Source of the DNA: Lingula anatina
Lineage: Eukaryota > Animalia > Brachiopoda
Direction: 5' to 3'
DNA: 64,000 nucleotides
NCBI GenBank assembly: GCA_051362555.1
Contig: CM120646.1
Location: 5,952,001 to 6,016,000 of the forward strand
The position numbers and the translations under genes are program-made. Positions 1-14,461 of this stretch are shown piece by piece. The notes under the pieces are model-generated. The model was not told where the DNA came from and ran no database searches. It was given only the letters and a program-made list of their open reading frames with translations. How positions within the stretch are numbered: the first letter of the stretch is position 1; every line of letters starts with the position of its first letter.

Positions 1-2717
1 CCTCGGACGGTTGTCCATTACGTAGATGGCTCGATCTGGTTCCTTGGAGCGGCTCAACTCCGCTCAGCGGCTCATCATAGACGACTTTCAGAATATACAC
101 TGCATGTTTGTCTTAACTTACCCTGCTTTAGTAAATTTTATTACAATTTATGAAAATGACGGAGGCAAGTACCAGTACAGAGTTACCCTCACACACAGCT
201 TTGTGGTTTTCGTTTTCCATTAGACTTTACCAGCTGGATTCACTTGCTGAACAATAGAATATGAAATTAGAAAGCAGTTGATTATTTCCCTCAGCATTTT
301 TCCAGAGCAACTCTTATCTACAAATTTGGTCTGTTTCTGTGGTTAGGTTCTTCACCTTGACATCTTAACTTTTGTGTGTAACTTTCTGTGTGTGTGTGAA
401 TTATTTATAATGCACTAATAACACGATTTTCTTAATTAACTTGAACTGTGAGTGAAAGAAAAGGAGAGGGGTTGGAAGTTATTGATAAGCATTATTTTCC
501 ATTGTGACATTCACTTTAGGAAACGTAACGGAGGTTACTGAGCAACAGTGGTTTAATTACGCGATGCCGTAACTATACGGTCAAATATGATAAAAAAACA
601 TAAAAACCATCAGTATGACTGTGAATAAATTGAGGAAAAACAATACTGAAAGACGAAGACATATTAGTTTTTTACCTTTTTTTGTAAGATATAAACAAGG
701 GAAAGGGAAAGATATGTAACCCCTGGAAACAGCATTGAGACGGGCCTCAGTATAATTCCACATACTTGTAGCTTCATACCTCCGCCGAACAATATTGGGT
801 CGCTCGAGGATTTGTCCAGGCTATTCGACCGTTCTTTATCAAGTATTTACAATATTTGCCACACACTTAAATCATCGATTCCATTAGCACTCAGCCGTTC
901 CGCTATTGTAATCTATATCACAGGCAATAAATCCACACAGTATTAGAACTGTAATTTCAGCCAATATTTCTTACCTACGAACGTATAAACGTGGAAAATG
1001 ATTAACGGTTGTATTCTGTATGTTTTTTTTTGTATGAGAATGAAATCACTTATTGGCATGGCACATTCTGTCGATCTGCATGGTCAATGGTCACAATTCC
1101 CGCTCTTAAGGCGAAATTGTTTTGCAAGTTATATGCAGTGAAAAAATACAATATGCACAATTGATAACCCTCGAAAGCCCATGGTTCCCGACAAGCTAAC
1201 CGAAGTTCATCAGATTCAAAAAACACTCAGATATAATGACAACGGCTGTTTTTTCTCGACAGAAATTCCATTTAACAGTTCCAATTTGCCTTTTCTATCC
1301 CTTTCCTTTTATTCAAGGTGCCACTTTCATATACTCTTAATTATAAAAATTAATTTCAAATTTGAGACTTGGTCTTACTAAATTTTTTAAAATAAGTTTA
1401 ATTTTATTGGCGCTAATTAGATTTTAATCAAATGTAAACGCAGATTAAAGATTATTCTTCAAAATGTTGTGCAACCATTAATCATCAGACACAACTTTAC
1501 GGTGGTAGTCTCATCAATTTCCCGCCAAACCTTTAAGATAATGATGTATTAATATTGCCTAAATAGCTTTCAAGTGTAGAATACATAAAACAATATACAA
1601 TTACAGGTACAACTCAAACATTCCTGTTCAGATAATTGCCTCGAAAAACCTTGAACTCCGGAATAAGGCAACAGTATTGATTTCAAAAAACGATTTTCAC
1701 TGGAAGGGAAATTTTCTCATTGAGTGAAATTAACAGCATGTAAACATAAGGCGGCAAGCAAATTGATGTTTACACTCATAGGTTTTAGACTTTTTAAAGC
1801 ACTTTTCATTAAAATAATACTTATCCTTATTCAAAGCCTTAAGTCCATTTAGAATGTTTAGATGACTTTGCAAAATAATGATTTAAAATGTGCATAGAAT
1901 TCAGATAGGAAGGAACAAAATGAGCAGCTCAATATTAGATTGATAAAATATTGTAAAGGTCAGTTTAAATCCAGATCATTCAGCTATACATTAGTGTTTT
2001 AAAATGTCCTTTATTTGGAAGCGCGCGAGCGTGTGTGAACGATTTGGTCTTTTTGTAAAAAAAAGCACAACCGAAGAGTATAAATGGAAAGTGACACTTA
2101 GGAAGATTATTTCCCGTGCCTTTTTAATGTGTTGATATCATAAACATACACTTACCTGACTGTTTCTGTCTTTTGGTGTTGCCGACTAACCGATTGGCAG
2201 TCTCTATCCACGAGATCTTTTTCTGCATCTTGTTAACTAGTTCACACTGTTGTGTTTTCTACATGTCTTTGGGCACACTCTCTAGGTCTCAATAATCACC
2301 GGAACCATCTAAGCTTATAGCCAAATATCGTAACCTAAAGGGCGTTGGTCGCGAAGTCAACTTATATAGGTATTACTCAGAAAGTGCGTCAGGTGCAGAA
2401 TACTGAAAACGTAGATACACGGTTTCATTTATCCAAATTTGATAAATTTGTATCTATCTTTCAATCTGAGCCTGAGCACGAGAGCCCTTCATTGGCGTCG
2501 TGCAGCTGGACAGCATCTCAGGAATCCTGCAGGTGCTTGCTGTCCTTTTAGAATACCTCACGCGATATTACCAAGAGCCCTATTTCACACATTACAACAC
2601 ACACAATCACACCCACGTTGGGCTACAGTTGCCCAACAGCAGGGGGGCGTTATCTCGTGGACCTTCTGTATTTTGAATTCGATCATAGCATCAGCTTTAC
2701 AGTGTCAAATTACTTAG

Positions 2718-2858
2718 CACTGAGCATAGTAGAGAGGCTGTGACATAAAAACGGCGAGTATCTATAGCCTCATTAGCACTGCAGTTTGAAAGTACGTAAC
2801 ACTGAGCGTAGAGCGGCTGCGACATAAAACGGCGAGTATCTATAGCCTCATTAACACA
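2718..2858. repeat. Two-copy direct repeat, period about 82 bp
   Basis: CACTGAGC...GGCTG(T/C)GACATAAAA(A)CGGCGAGTATCTATAGCCTCATTA occurs at about 2718 and again at about 2800. Confidence 0.75.
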
Positions 2859-3275
2859 TCAATCAAAAGCACAGCGTTACGTTGGAGATGGATAGTGATG
2901 ATGCAAGTTGAATGAGGCATTAATTTAGAGAAGTGGTAGCAATTTAGTGAATCAAGGTAATTAGCGTGTTACACAAAAGCCATCACTTGCCGATTGGTTA
3001 AAAGAGAGAGCACACTAGCATATACATGTAGAATGACCCCCCCCCGCTAAAAAATAAATAAATTTGAAATTTTGCATGCAAGTGGTCGGTTTTGCAAGGT
3101 GTAAAATGAACTATGCAGTGTTCTGTAAATTTGTTAATCTGTGGCAGAATGGAGCAAAAAATTCAGACACATTACCAGACAGATAACTGCGCCAAACGAA
3201 ACGGCTCGCACAGTTTTATAGAGTAATGCCCAGACTGATGTACCTACACAGGGGCCACACCCAATGTATTGAAAT

Positions 3276-3625
3276 ATGTGGGGGTATCTCCAGGATAGTG
3301 TGTTCCAGAACAACACTCAAACGATTGATGAACTGAAGGCAGCGATTACAGAAAAAATCAAGGAAATCCCCAAAGAAGAACTTGTTCGAGTAATTGACAA
3401 TTTTGTGCGACGTATGCAAGTGTGCCTCCCACGCCGCCAAGGCCATTTGGAGCATGTTTTGGAAAGAACATAACATAAATGCAAAGTGGCCGAGATAATT
3501 GAAACTTCGGGAAAGACCGTTTACCGACTGAAGTTTAAGGCCAGAAAATTTCTTGAAATTTGCTGACCTTTTGAGGGATTTAATAATATTTTTATGGGTT
3601 TTTTATGGAGCACAATGTTCCCGGT
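3276..3625 (+). mobile_element. 3' fragment of a Tc1/mariner-like transposase (relic)
   Basis: ORF 3276-3473 reads WGYLQDSVFQNNTQTIDELKAAITEKIKEIP...NFVRRMQVC...GHLEHVL, resembling the C-terminal WGYLK..VY...T..ELK..I...GGHFEH region of mariner-like transposases. The upstream part is absent and the right boundary is approximate. Confidence 0.75.
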
Positions 3626-5478
3626 ATCTTGTTCGTATTAGTCCATTCAAGCTGTAACAGGTCGTGTTTTAATTACGAACACCAAGAGAACAATGCCTGA
3701 CACATTCACGAATGCTTGAGCAAGGCAACAAAAGGAAACTCGATATAATACTTTCATATGTACTTGTGTATTCACTCGCTGGTAAAACTGTTGGGAACAA
3801 ACGTGCTTATAACCATCTGCTTGCGCCACATCGAGGCTGCATGAGGAGAGGGAACTTGTCGGTCGTTAAACTACATGTGATGTATGAGAGATGGTGTACA
3901 TAACCGGCGACTCGTGGCCGTGATTGATCTAGAACATCGTTTTTTGCAGCACATTTGGAGCGTTCAGGAAAGAAATTACCTCAAAAGGGATATGATTGTG
4001 TTAATTATCAACCTGAACATTCGAATCCTTCCTTCATTCTAGACCTCAGCCAGTGTTACATAAATTGAGTATATGTTATGGAATATTTTGTTTATTAATG
4101 TGACAAGGATAAAATATTTCATGCCGCGAAGACCTATATGTCAACATAGTTGCTGATTATCTTTTTACAAAAGCCTGTGCCAAATATTTAGCCAATCTCC
4201 TAGTATTCATAGTCAATTTTAGTTTGTCGTTCATATTGTTGATCTAGTCCAGTTTGTGATTAAAATACGACTTCTAATGTCATCTTAAAGGTAACCCACC
4301 TGCATTTAGGCCAAAAATGGATTTTCCTGGGGTAAACGATAATTTTCCATACCTTGTTAATAAATCCATTTCTGCATCCAAAGTAAGTCCACGTTTTTTT
4401 TTCTGAAAAGTTTGTTTCGTAATAATATCTTAAATCAGTAAAATGTGTTGGCGGGGGAAAAGCCTAATTGTCATACAACGCAAACAGATTTACATATGGC
4501 TGGGCAAATGGTGAGAAACAAACCGGTTGTGCTAAGCTGTGTGTTCTGTTTGCATGACATACATGCAGAAGGAGCGGATGGCATTGAGGACAATCGCAAG
4601 CGCAGCTAACACATTTGTAAACCTTGTTAACGAGTTTTTCCAATGTTAAGGTAAAACCCCCTTTCATGTGGAATGGTGCACTGACTTAATGCAGCCTGTG
4701 CTCGATGGCTTGAGATATTGCGCCTGGTTATACGTGAGAGAGCGCGTATTGATTGATAAAACAGCAAGAACAGCGAGTGGAGAATTGGGAGTAACAGCCT
4801 CTAAAGCACGATCATACAATTAACTGGCACTGTTCCCACGTCATTCCGCGGACGCTGAAAATTCGAAAAGATAATTTTTTGTGCTGTGTATTTTGAACTG
4901 TGAAAGTGAAGCAGTGTGGAGATGCCTTCCCTGAGATGTACTGTCCTAACTGGACCTTGATTCCCAATTATATTTACACCCAACTAGAATTTATATTCCG
5001 TACGGATATAATTTCCTTTAACAGACTGTCCGGTGCTCGTCCAGTCCAAGTCGCATGTGTTTTAAACTAAACTTATAAAAGCCGGATCCAGGGACGGGGC
5101 AGAGGGGGGGGGGGGGGCACAGTGGGGTTTTACCTATCCCTTATATTATGATTAACCCTCCTCCTCCCCCTCTCCTCCCGAACGTATTGTGGCAAATCTA
5201 ATCCATTTTCCCATCCTCGTGCGATACATATACTTATATACATGTATGTATGTATAGTAAAATTACCTCGTCTTCAATTTGTGTGACCCCGCCACCCCCC
5301 CCCCCTCAGCAAAATCCTGCATTCGTCAATTAGATCGGAAGTGAATTACTGATAAAAAATGGATCCGTTTGGTTACGCGAGATAATCCAATTTTCGATTA
5401 AAATCAACCCCTAATAAGATGACTCCGGTACGTTTATCGCCAGACGCGCTGCTGCACCCGAATCAGGTACACAGGGAC

Positions 5479-8059
5479 ATGGCCCACGTGTTTGGAACTG
5501 TGATTTTGGTATGGCTGTGTGCATACGTGCCTGGGCTCTTAGGTACGTGCTTTAATACGGAACGAGATATAAGCTCTTGCTTGTGTTCTTAATTGCAACT
5601 AGGGGGTAATTTTAATTCAAATTATCGTTTAGCAGCCTTAGTAGGCGTGCCAGACAAGCCGCTTAAGCTGAAGGCAATTTAGTGAGAAACCCTTGGAGAT
5701 GGACCGATCCTGTTAGGTCGATCTAGATATAGTCTAAGTCAAATAACACCGCGCTTGAACAATAGATAGATAGATATACGGCACATCCGATCTTTAACTT
5801 TGCAGTTCCTGAAAAGTTCTTTTTAATAATACTCATCTTATCTATTTCTTCAAGTATTTTACAAATACCGGTTAACAAAAAGCAGAAAATCCTTTCTCTC
5901 TCTCTCTCTCTTTTTTTGCTACTGCCTATACTATCTGACATCATAAATCGATGTTATCACCGTTTAGCTACATCCATTCCTGGGTCTCCTTTATCATATC
6001 ATCTCATCAACCCCTCGATTGCTATATATTTCTAACAGCATCGAAACAATAACAGAGCCACATTCGCTCAGTCATCAGAAGGTTTAAAATTTCTTGCTTA
6101 ACTCCGATGTCAGGCTCAGAGAAACGCCGCGAATTATGCACGAAGGAAGGTAAGTGATGATTTCTACACAAAAGATCCATTTTGAAAGGTACAAACGATT
6201 TTTGTGTATATCATAATAGGTTATGTTCAACAACAGATGAAGAGATCACTTCTTTTTTCGTGAACTAAATGTATTTAACAGTAGTAGAATCAACAGGATT
6301 GCTGTAATGAACGTAAACAAATAATAGTATTGAAGAACGTTAAGTGCAAGACCGCTGCAGGTAAATACACAAGTTGATTACTATATAATAAAAATTCTTC
6401 TTTTTTACATGATACAAAAATCTTTTTAAGCAGCAAAATTGCTTACGTAAATGTCATCGGAATCATTAAACAACCACTTGAGAAGACTGCAGGAGTCGAC
6501 CTCTTCGTGAGAAGGGAATTTCATGAAGTTAATCGCCGGTCAAGATTGTCTTTTTATATGTCACAGTCAACTGAACGCGCATTATGTGCATAAAACTAAA
6601 ATATTCAAAAACATGTGGCTTTAATGCCCACATAACCATACATCAAAAGGCAAATTATTGATATTTTTAAAACTGCCTTGGCAGTTTTTTTCATGTCTCG
6701 TCGTGAAGCCGGTATTTAATAATTGGCATGTAATTGAAAGGGAAATGAAAGGAGTTCTGTAAATACCAGTATTTCAATTAAATAGGCATTTACAGCAAAG
6801 GAAATAAGCTTTCTACTACATTCATTATGTTACGCTTCCTCAATTTCCGCTTTCTGCATACTGGTATGATTTCACAGGATTCTAATCAAAATACTCTCTT
6901 ATTTTCTCAAAAATAGAAAAAAAGTAAAATTGAAATATAAAGAAAATAAAAATCCAGTGCTTGTATATTAAATTGCTTTATTTCCTCTCCCATTTTCCTC
7001 CTTTTTTCTGCTTTGCATTTATGAAGAATAAGCGTATGTTCTTACGACATGCAAGTCCTAATAACATTTTCATCGTTATTTTCACTTAAAATAACGCAGT
7101 TTATGGGTTCCTTCTTAATATGACTGTTTTTCTTTCTCAGATCCTATATTAACATGCACTGTCTTCTGAAAAAAAATAGGAAGATTGTGTCGATTGGAAT
7201 GACATGATTTTACATGAGTATCAATATATCTTCACACAGGTGAGTGCAGATGGGGCTGGGAGTGTGATGATGGTGCATGTATTGACTCCAGCAACAACCG
7301 GTGCGATAGCGTTCAGGATTGTCCGGATAACTCCGACGAGGTCGGCTGTGGTTCGGAGGGATGCAATGGGTTTACACGATACTGCAACTCGTCCGAGAGC
7401 TGCGTACGGATGGAGACACAGTGCTCTGATGGTAAATGTGCGGATGAATGGTGAGTACATATATTCATACATACATATGCATTCCTACGGATGTTCAACG
7501 GTGTGTGGCATTGGTGAAAAACGCTTTAGTCGGTTTAAAGGGTATTTTTGTGAAATGCAAGTACTTTCTCTTGAAAAGTACCTAAAAACGCACTTCATCC
7601 TGAGGCTCGAGGTGTGTATCGCTCAGGTGACAGTGTATTACAATGTAGGCTATCACACACATATTCAAAGCACGCCTAGATTTGATAAATATTCAGAATT
7701 TAACTACATTTTAAAGGAATGTATTGAGTCGGCATAACCTTTAATGACTTAAAATTTACCAGCCAAGGAAAAACAAGCGTGATTCTTCAGTAAAAGCCTA
7801 TTTCTAAACGTCTTGCACTGTTTCATTGAAAAGTTTCATTCCTGAAACAAATAGAATTAAAAACAACATTGGTATGCCGCGTGTGCATTTTAACATTCAT
7901 GTAAAAGATCTAGCAAGTATAAAAGCCGTTTATATAGTATATATACATGTGAGATACAATCGGCTAAAAAGTGATCATGCACATATGAAGCAGCGTGAAT
8001 TGATTTTATTATTATTATTATTATTGTTGTTGTTGTATTTGTTGTTGTTATTGTAAGTG

Positions 8060-8104
<45 letters not shown>

Positions 8105-11100
8105 TGTAATCAGGTTACCCTGTAAGAACAGCGCCAAGTGCATTCCGAAGTGGAGGCGATGTAACGGTGTGAAGGACTGCGAAGACAATTCAGACGAGAC
8201 GGAATGTGATGTTTCTGAATGTGACGGGTCGCGCTTGTCAAGACTAGGATATTGTAACGAGACAAGAGAATGCCGATTCCTAGTCAGGAGGTGCTCCGAT
8301 GGTTCCTGCCCCGGGGGTCGCCTTTCATGCACCAACGGGAAGATTTGTTACGATCCGAAATCTCGCTGCGATGGGTGGCCTGATTGCTTCGACTTGGCCG
8401 ACGAAAAAGGGTGTGACCCCAGCGAATGTGACTTGGGAGAAAGACAGTACTGCCATGCCACCAAGAAATGTCTTCCACCAATGAGAGTGTGTGATGGAGA
8501 CAAAGACTGCCCCACTGGGACCGACGAAATAGGCTGCGGACCGAATGACTGCCGCGGATTTGCCCGGTACTGTAACTCAACTGAAACATGCAGCGATGGA
8601 CGAAGAAAATGCTCGGATGGTACATGCGCAGATGTTAGTAGGTTCCCATGTAAAACGGAGGATTACTGCCTACCTTCCTACAAAAGATGCAACGGCCATA
8701 GTAATTGTGCTGACGGGTCGGATGAGCTGGATTGCGCTCCGGAGGACTGCCAGGTCCCGGACTTAAGGCACTGCCCGTCTTCAAACACCTGCCGGATGAA
8801 GGACCGGAAGTGCGACGACGGAACGTGTGAGGACGACAAATGGCCATGCGCAGGAGAAGACAAGTGCATTCTCAGGAGCCGGCGTTGTGACGGCTGGAGA
8901 GACTGCGACAACGGCTCTGATGAGTTGAACTGTACGGCAGCAGACTGTGGGGACGATAGATACTTCTGTGCTCCTACGGGAAAATGCTCCTCTAGTAAGT
9001 AGGCCTATCTGTGCACGTTACCTTGTCGTATATACGTATATTTAGCGAATAGATAAATAAATAAATAAATAAATAAATAAAAGTAAAGAAAAAAATTAAG
9101 TTCATTTCAGTAAGATCAGTAGTTTGTAAATTGGTTTATTTTTCAGGTTGGAAATTATGAAAAGTAACCTTTATTCTAGGTAAATTCGCGTACATACTCA
9201 AATACAATACCAGGTAATTGAACTTACGATCTCAGACACAGATAAATATCATATTATAGGAATTTGTTGTCATAGGCTCTGCTTTTCATAGGTGCATATC
9301 TGTACATGTATGTAACAGCGTAATAGTCTGTTTACAGTCAGCTGCATGCGTAGGCCTACGCTTTCTTATAGTAACTGTATACGCAACAGGGAATACTGTA
9401 CATATATAGGGAATACCCCAGTGGGCACTCAACGTTGATTCAACATTGAGGATAGGTTGAGATGATGTTGATCCATCAATATTGATAGATCAACAAGATC
9501 TCCACATTGAATCAACCTTTTCTTGTCAACCAATTGTCAATGTTGATAGATCAACAGGGTCTCAACATTGATTTAATCTTTCTTTGTCAATCAATTTTCA
9601 ATGTTGATAGATCAACAGGATTTCAACATTGAATCAACCTGTGTTTGTAAACCCTTTGTCAATGTTGACATATCAACTGGATCTCAACATTGGGTCAACC
9701 TTAACTTTATAACCTTAATCATAACCTTGATAATAGTTTTAAATGATTATCTCACTAGAGAGGTATGCATAGGGGTAATTACCCCTCATAAAATGCTTGT
9801 TTTATCCCTTTTTCATTAAAATTAATTTTGTGAAAAAAGCGGTCGTCAATTTTTTAAAACTTTCCAGATTTGATGTTCAGGTTATCTTTAAGAAAAAGAA
9901 AAAAACATAGGGTCACCAGCCTTACTTTATGGCAAATTGACAAAATTTTACTCAAGGTTGAAGAATAAGCTTGAAAAAGCAAAAAATGCGTGTTTTTCTG
10001 GAAATTTAAGTTAGCTGTGAGAAAAAATTAGACTGGTCACCCTTTGTTTTTGTATTCTTAAAATTATCTTAACTACCTGATGTGACGTAATAATTATTTT
10101 AGTAAAGCTAATTTGTTGTTTCATTTTTATGAGTAATTACCGTATGTGCCTGCATACTTGTATAATGTAAATGAAGTGCGGGACTGTTATTAAGTGCGAG
10201 ACTCTGGATAACATGAACTGATGCAACACGTGAGTGTGGACAGTGTGTAACACTTTTACAGTACAAAAACTGTACTTTATTAACAGTACTTTGTGAGGCC
10301 ACACTATCAGGAGGATTGTTCAACAGATAAGGACATGGAAAACAGTGACATTGCGTCTTCAAAACCCCACACTATCAGGAGGATCGTTCAACAGATAAGG
10401 ATATAGAAAACGGTGACATTGCGTTTTCAAAAACCCACACTATCAGGAGGAACGTTCAACAGAAAAGGACTCGTAAAACTGTGACATTGCGTCTACAAAA
10501 CTTAACTGTCTACGAATCTGTTAGAATTTAACTGTATTTGACAAATGTTAAAGTTTATGCAACATGATAGTATTACATGTAGTTAGTGTATGTATTGTAT
10601 GTTCATTGTTTGTAATATATTATATTCATAGTTAAATTAGTTGTTGTTTATGTTTTTTTATGTTTAAGCTGTTTTGGTCCGTAACACTGAGCATCAAACT
10701 GGAAAGTTTAAAAAGAATCTGACGACCCATAGGTGGATACAGGGGCCGGTCCTGGGGTCTGGACCCACTTTTCTTCCAAAATTACCTTTTTTTGTAGGTA
10801 ATTTTCCTAATTTCCCCCCTTTTCAGATCTGAGTCTTTTTATTTTAAGAAATGCTTGATATCTTGGAGAACACCTTCATCCATCAGGCAAATTTCAATCA
10901 AATATCCTGATAGCCTAATTGATATATCAACATTAATTCAATTTTCAAATTCAACTTAATTTCAACATTGATTCAACATTGAAGTATCAATGTTAATTCA
11001 ACATTGATACCTCAAGGTTGATTTAACCTTGATGGTTCAACATTGATTCAACTTTCATAGTCAACGTCATATCAACAAAGTTTCAACGTTGACTGTCAAC

Positions 11101-12911
11101 ATTGATTCAACATTGATACCTCAAGGTTGATTCAACCTTGATGGTTCAACGTTGAGTCAACTTTCATAGTCAACGTCATATCAACATAGTTTCAACGTTG
11201 ACCGTCAACGTTGATTCAACATTGATACCTCAAGGTTGATTCAACCTTGATGGTTCAACGTTGAGTCAACTTTCATAGTCAACGTCATATCAAAATAGTT
11301 TCAACGTTGACCATCAACGTTGATTCAACATTGATTCAACGTCATATCAAAATAGTTTCAACGTTGACCATCAACGTTGATTCAACATTGATTCAACGTC
11401 ATATCAAAATAGTTTCAACGTTGACCATCAACGTTGATTCAACATTGATTCAATGTTGATTTGCCCGCTGGGACTGTACATATATAGATACCGGTACATA
11501 ACAGTGTTGCAGTTTCACGTTATTTTATCTGTTTTTATACAGAGAGTTCTTACTGGTGCAATGGACGAATTGACTGTCAAGATAAGTCGGACGAGACGAA
11601 CTGTGGACCGCGGGACTGCAATATACACACCCGGTACTGCGCAAGCCAGAAAAGTCGAAAGTGCGTGAGCAACGTCAGGCAGTGCGCAGACAAGACGTGC
11701 GCAGCTTCCTGGTTTGCTTGTCCCCGTGGAAAGAAATGCATCCCCAATTATAAACGGTGCGATGGGAAGCCGGACTGTGGACGGTCAAGAAGGTATATAC
11801 ACGTATATATAAAGCCGAAATTATTCTCATTTAATAAATTCAAAATGAAGGGCAGTGCGATTACTTTATACAGTTTCCTTTCAAACTTTTTAATTTCATA
11901 ACAGATTCGGAGTTTAATTTGTCAAAACTATCCATTTAAAATCATCTAAAGGTCACTCCATGTACTTCATGTGAGTAATTGGATCTCATTTTCTTTAATG
12001 AGTCATTTAAAAAAAATTCATAACTTTCAGACAGGAGGTAGTGATATATCTTTCTCTCCCCAGTTTCCTCGTATTTCCCAATGTATGTTCGCACGTTACT
12101 TTTAGTGTGTATTTTTTACTTTCACAGGTTACACCAATAACTTAGAGTGCATTTAGACAATACGCACTTCACACTTTCTTAACCTAATGTAGTTATATTA
12201 ACTTGTGTTGTTTACAAAGTACAGTACAACAATTGTCGTATTTGAAACAGTTTTTAATCATGTCACTTACTGCCCTCACACATGCAGGAGGACATTCAGA
12301 ATCACTTAACATAGGACGAGTTCGTGCAAGTAGAATTTCTGAATTCTTCACATCTCAAAAGCAATATGCTACAAGAACTATCATACCCGGGACTGCCAAG
12401 GCTTTGCACATCCGACTGTACATTATACACATGCATGTTCGAATACATAAAAGTTATAATCAGTGCGCTTTTCTTTCTTAGGCATGGCAATGCAGACGAA
12501 AAGGGGTGTTCACCGGAAGACTGTCAAGTTGGCACCCGCTTCTGTAACTCCACACTGACCTGCGAGGACAAAGAGACCAAGTGTTCCGACGGCACGTGCG
12601 CTGAAGACTACTTCGCATGTAAAATATCCAGCAAATGTATTAACACGGCTTTCCGGTGTAACGGCAACCCTGACTGCAGGGCCGGGGACGACGAGGAAGG
12701 CTGCAGGCCCGAGGACTGTCGGAGCCTCGTCTGGGAGATGCGGTTCTGTAACGACACCGAGACTTGCATCCGGAAGGACCAGAAATGTGCGGATGGAAGC
12801 TGTTTGGCCGGGAGGGTGCCTTGCGCGAGGCAAGACAAATGTATTCCGCTGCGTGACGTCTGTGATGGTATCAGACATTGTTGGGACGGTGCTGACGAGA
12901 AAAACTGTTAA
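5479..12911 (+). CDS. Secreted cysteine-rich protein with 10 LDL-receptor class A repeats and no transmembrane segment, about 623 aa
   Basis: Exons 5479-5542 (MAHVFGTVILVWLCAYVPGLL, signal-like), 6114-6149 (least certain), 7240-7450, 8114-8994, 11543-11792 and 12482-12911. All introns are GT-AG and phase-compatible. Repeated C-x-G-x-x-D-C-x-D-x-S/A-D-E-x-x-C motifs; the stop follows the last module (DGADEKNC*). Confidence 0.85.
8006..8103. repeat. (TTA)n/(TTG)n microsatellite in an intron
   Basis: Visible trinucleotide run just upstream of the acceptor at 8113. Confidence 0.95.
9417..11472. mobile_element. Non-autonomous EnSpm/CACTA-like DNA transposon with subterminal repeat arrays, in intron 4 of the LDLa gene
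   Basis: Termini CCCAGTGGGCA... and ...TGCCCGCTGGG are inverted repeats, flanked by a 2-bp AC duplication (9415-9416, 11473-11474). Dense TCAAC(A/G)TTGA arrays at 9431-9700 and 10925-11460. Confidence 0.75.
10299..10501. repeat. Three-copy 68-bp tandem repeat inside the EnSpm-like element
   Basis: Units CCACACTATCAGGAGGA...GTGACATTGCGT...CAAAA start at 10299, 10367 and 10435. Confidence 0.9.
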
Positions 12912-14461
12912 ACACATGTAAAAAGATGTTAATTTGAAAGACAAACCACGGGTTTGACCTAAAGAGGCTTACTTATATGATTATCACGCATAATGAATTG
13001 TGAATTTTAATAATATTTATATAAAACTATTCAAAATAATGGGTGAAAAGGAGTGAAATAGGATCACCCAGATGATGCCCCGAGTTGCGGTTTTGTCAGT
13101 GTACAAAAATCAATTAAATATCTACAGCTTTTGCTCGTACACTGTACATACAAATCAAATTTATTTCCATTAGTCTTCTGTACTATACTGTCTTTAGTAA
13201 CGAAGATATTAAATGTTCAGGGGTTGGGCAATCTCCACGTTTCTTTCTTAGCTTGAAAAACAACTTGGTCCTTTTTATTTTGCAGCGACATCTATTGTCA
13301 TCTTTGTTGTTGACGATACAGCTCCCTCTGTTGGTCACGCTTATTTGAACTGAATTCAATGTCTCAATCTGCCTTACGCTTTGTTATACTTATACTTCCA
13401 CCAGATAAGAAACAATTTAACCCATTTGCATACTAATTACTATACTTATCGACCTGATTAAAAGCAAGCGTTGTTAATCAAAATTGGCATCTGAAAGTTA
13501 ATTTGCTTGAACGACAAAGATTATGACCAGACGTCTGCAGTAGTACGAAGTTGCATTCGGCTTCACAAATTTCTATATAAATATTTTATCAGGCTTTCAA
13601 ATTACATGCCTCTGTGTTTTCCTTCTGTAGTTAGTGGATATATCATCAGTATGATAAGACATTGTCACTGGATGTACCCGTATGTGAAAGTGACAACCAA
13701 GATGTAATGCGATAGTTTATAGATCATTTCACTTTGGACGTTTTCGAGATTTTCTGCATTGCGTTCTATAATAAAATAAAATAATAAGTAAACTGCTTTA
13801 TTGCTTGGAAGCTCACTAACATTCGGCTCTGTGAAATCTCAGTGTGATTATTCCTGTGAAACAAAATTAAACACTGAATACAGACAAGTTTGTAAAAACG
13901 AGTGGATTTAATACAACAGTGACTTAGCAGCATGTTTTAGCGGTACCATTACATATGTATACATAGCAATAAAATAAAAAAAGATATTCCACATCAATTA
14001 TTAAATAAGAAAACGGTAAAGCTAGAACATTGAATGTTTTATATTTCGCATCATGACAACTAGAACTGCAGATTGAGGGGGGTGGGTGAGTATGACAGAA
14101 TCGTGAATATTATGCATTTTAGATATCGCGATTACAAGCGGCTAAATTAACACTTTTCACAAACTTTCTGAACACCACAAATTTCACCTTTGAATCAACT
14201 GATCTGCAACTGATAGTGGTTTATCAAGTTCTATCTTTATCTCTTCAACTCTTCTTGAGTAGTATAGCCAAAATATAAACGTGCGTGTCTGTTAAGGAAG
14301 GAGGCGGGTGTCTATGATAACGTTGATTATGCTTTAATTTACATAAAGTCTAGTAAAGATGAGCGGATAAAATAGTCTACGGTAGCGAACATAACAAAGA
14401 CTTATTCTGAAACATAGGTGAACTGGCTAAGTCCACTGTCGGCGAAGTAAGAGACTCTAAG

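Noticed and set aside
1-230. Relatively GC-rich start of the window, possibly part of a neighbouring gene
   Set aside because: No recognisable motif or reliable exon boundaries within the window.
2160-2310. Possible minus-strand remnant of a restriction-like-endonuclease LINE C-terminus (VPVII...VPK...MQK)
   Set aside because: Requires a frameshift and a stop within about 45 codons; too degraded to call without a search.
7204-7737. 177-aa ORF in the ORF track
   Set aside because: Wrong frame. The real exon (7240-7450) is the Cys-rich LDLa frame bounded by AG and GT.
10299-11460. Regular repeats superficially like a CRISPR array
   Set aside because: Head-to-tail repeats without unique spacers, no cas genes, eukaryotic intron context, and inside a TIR element.
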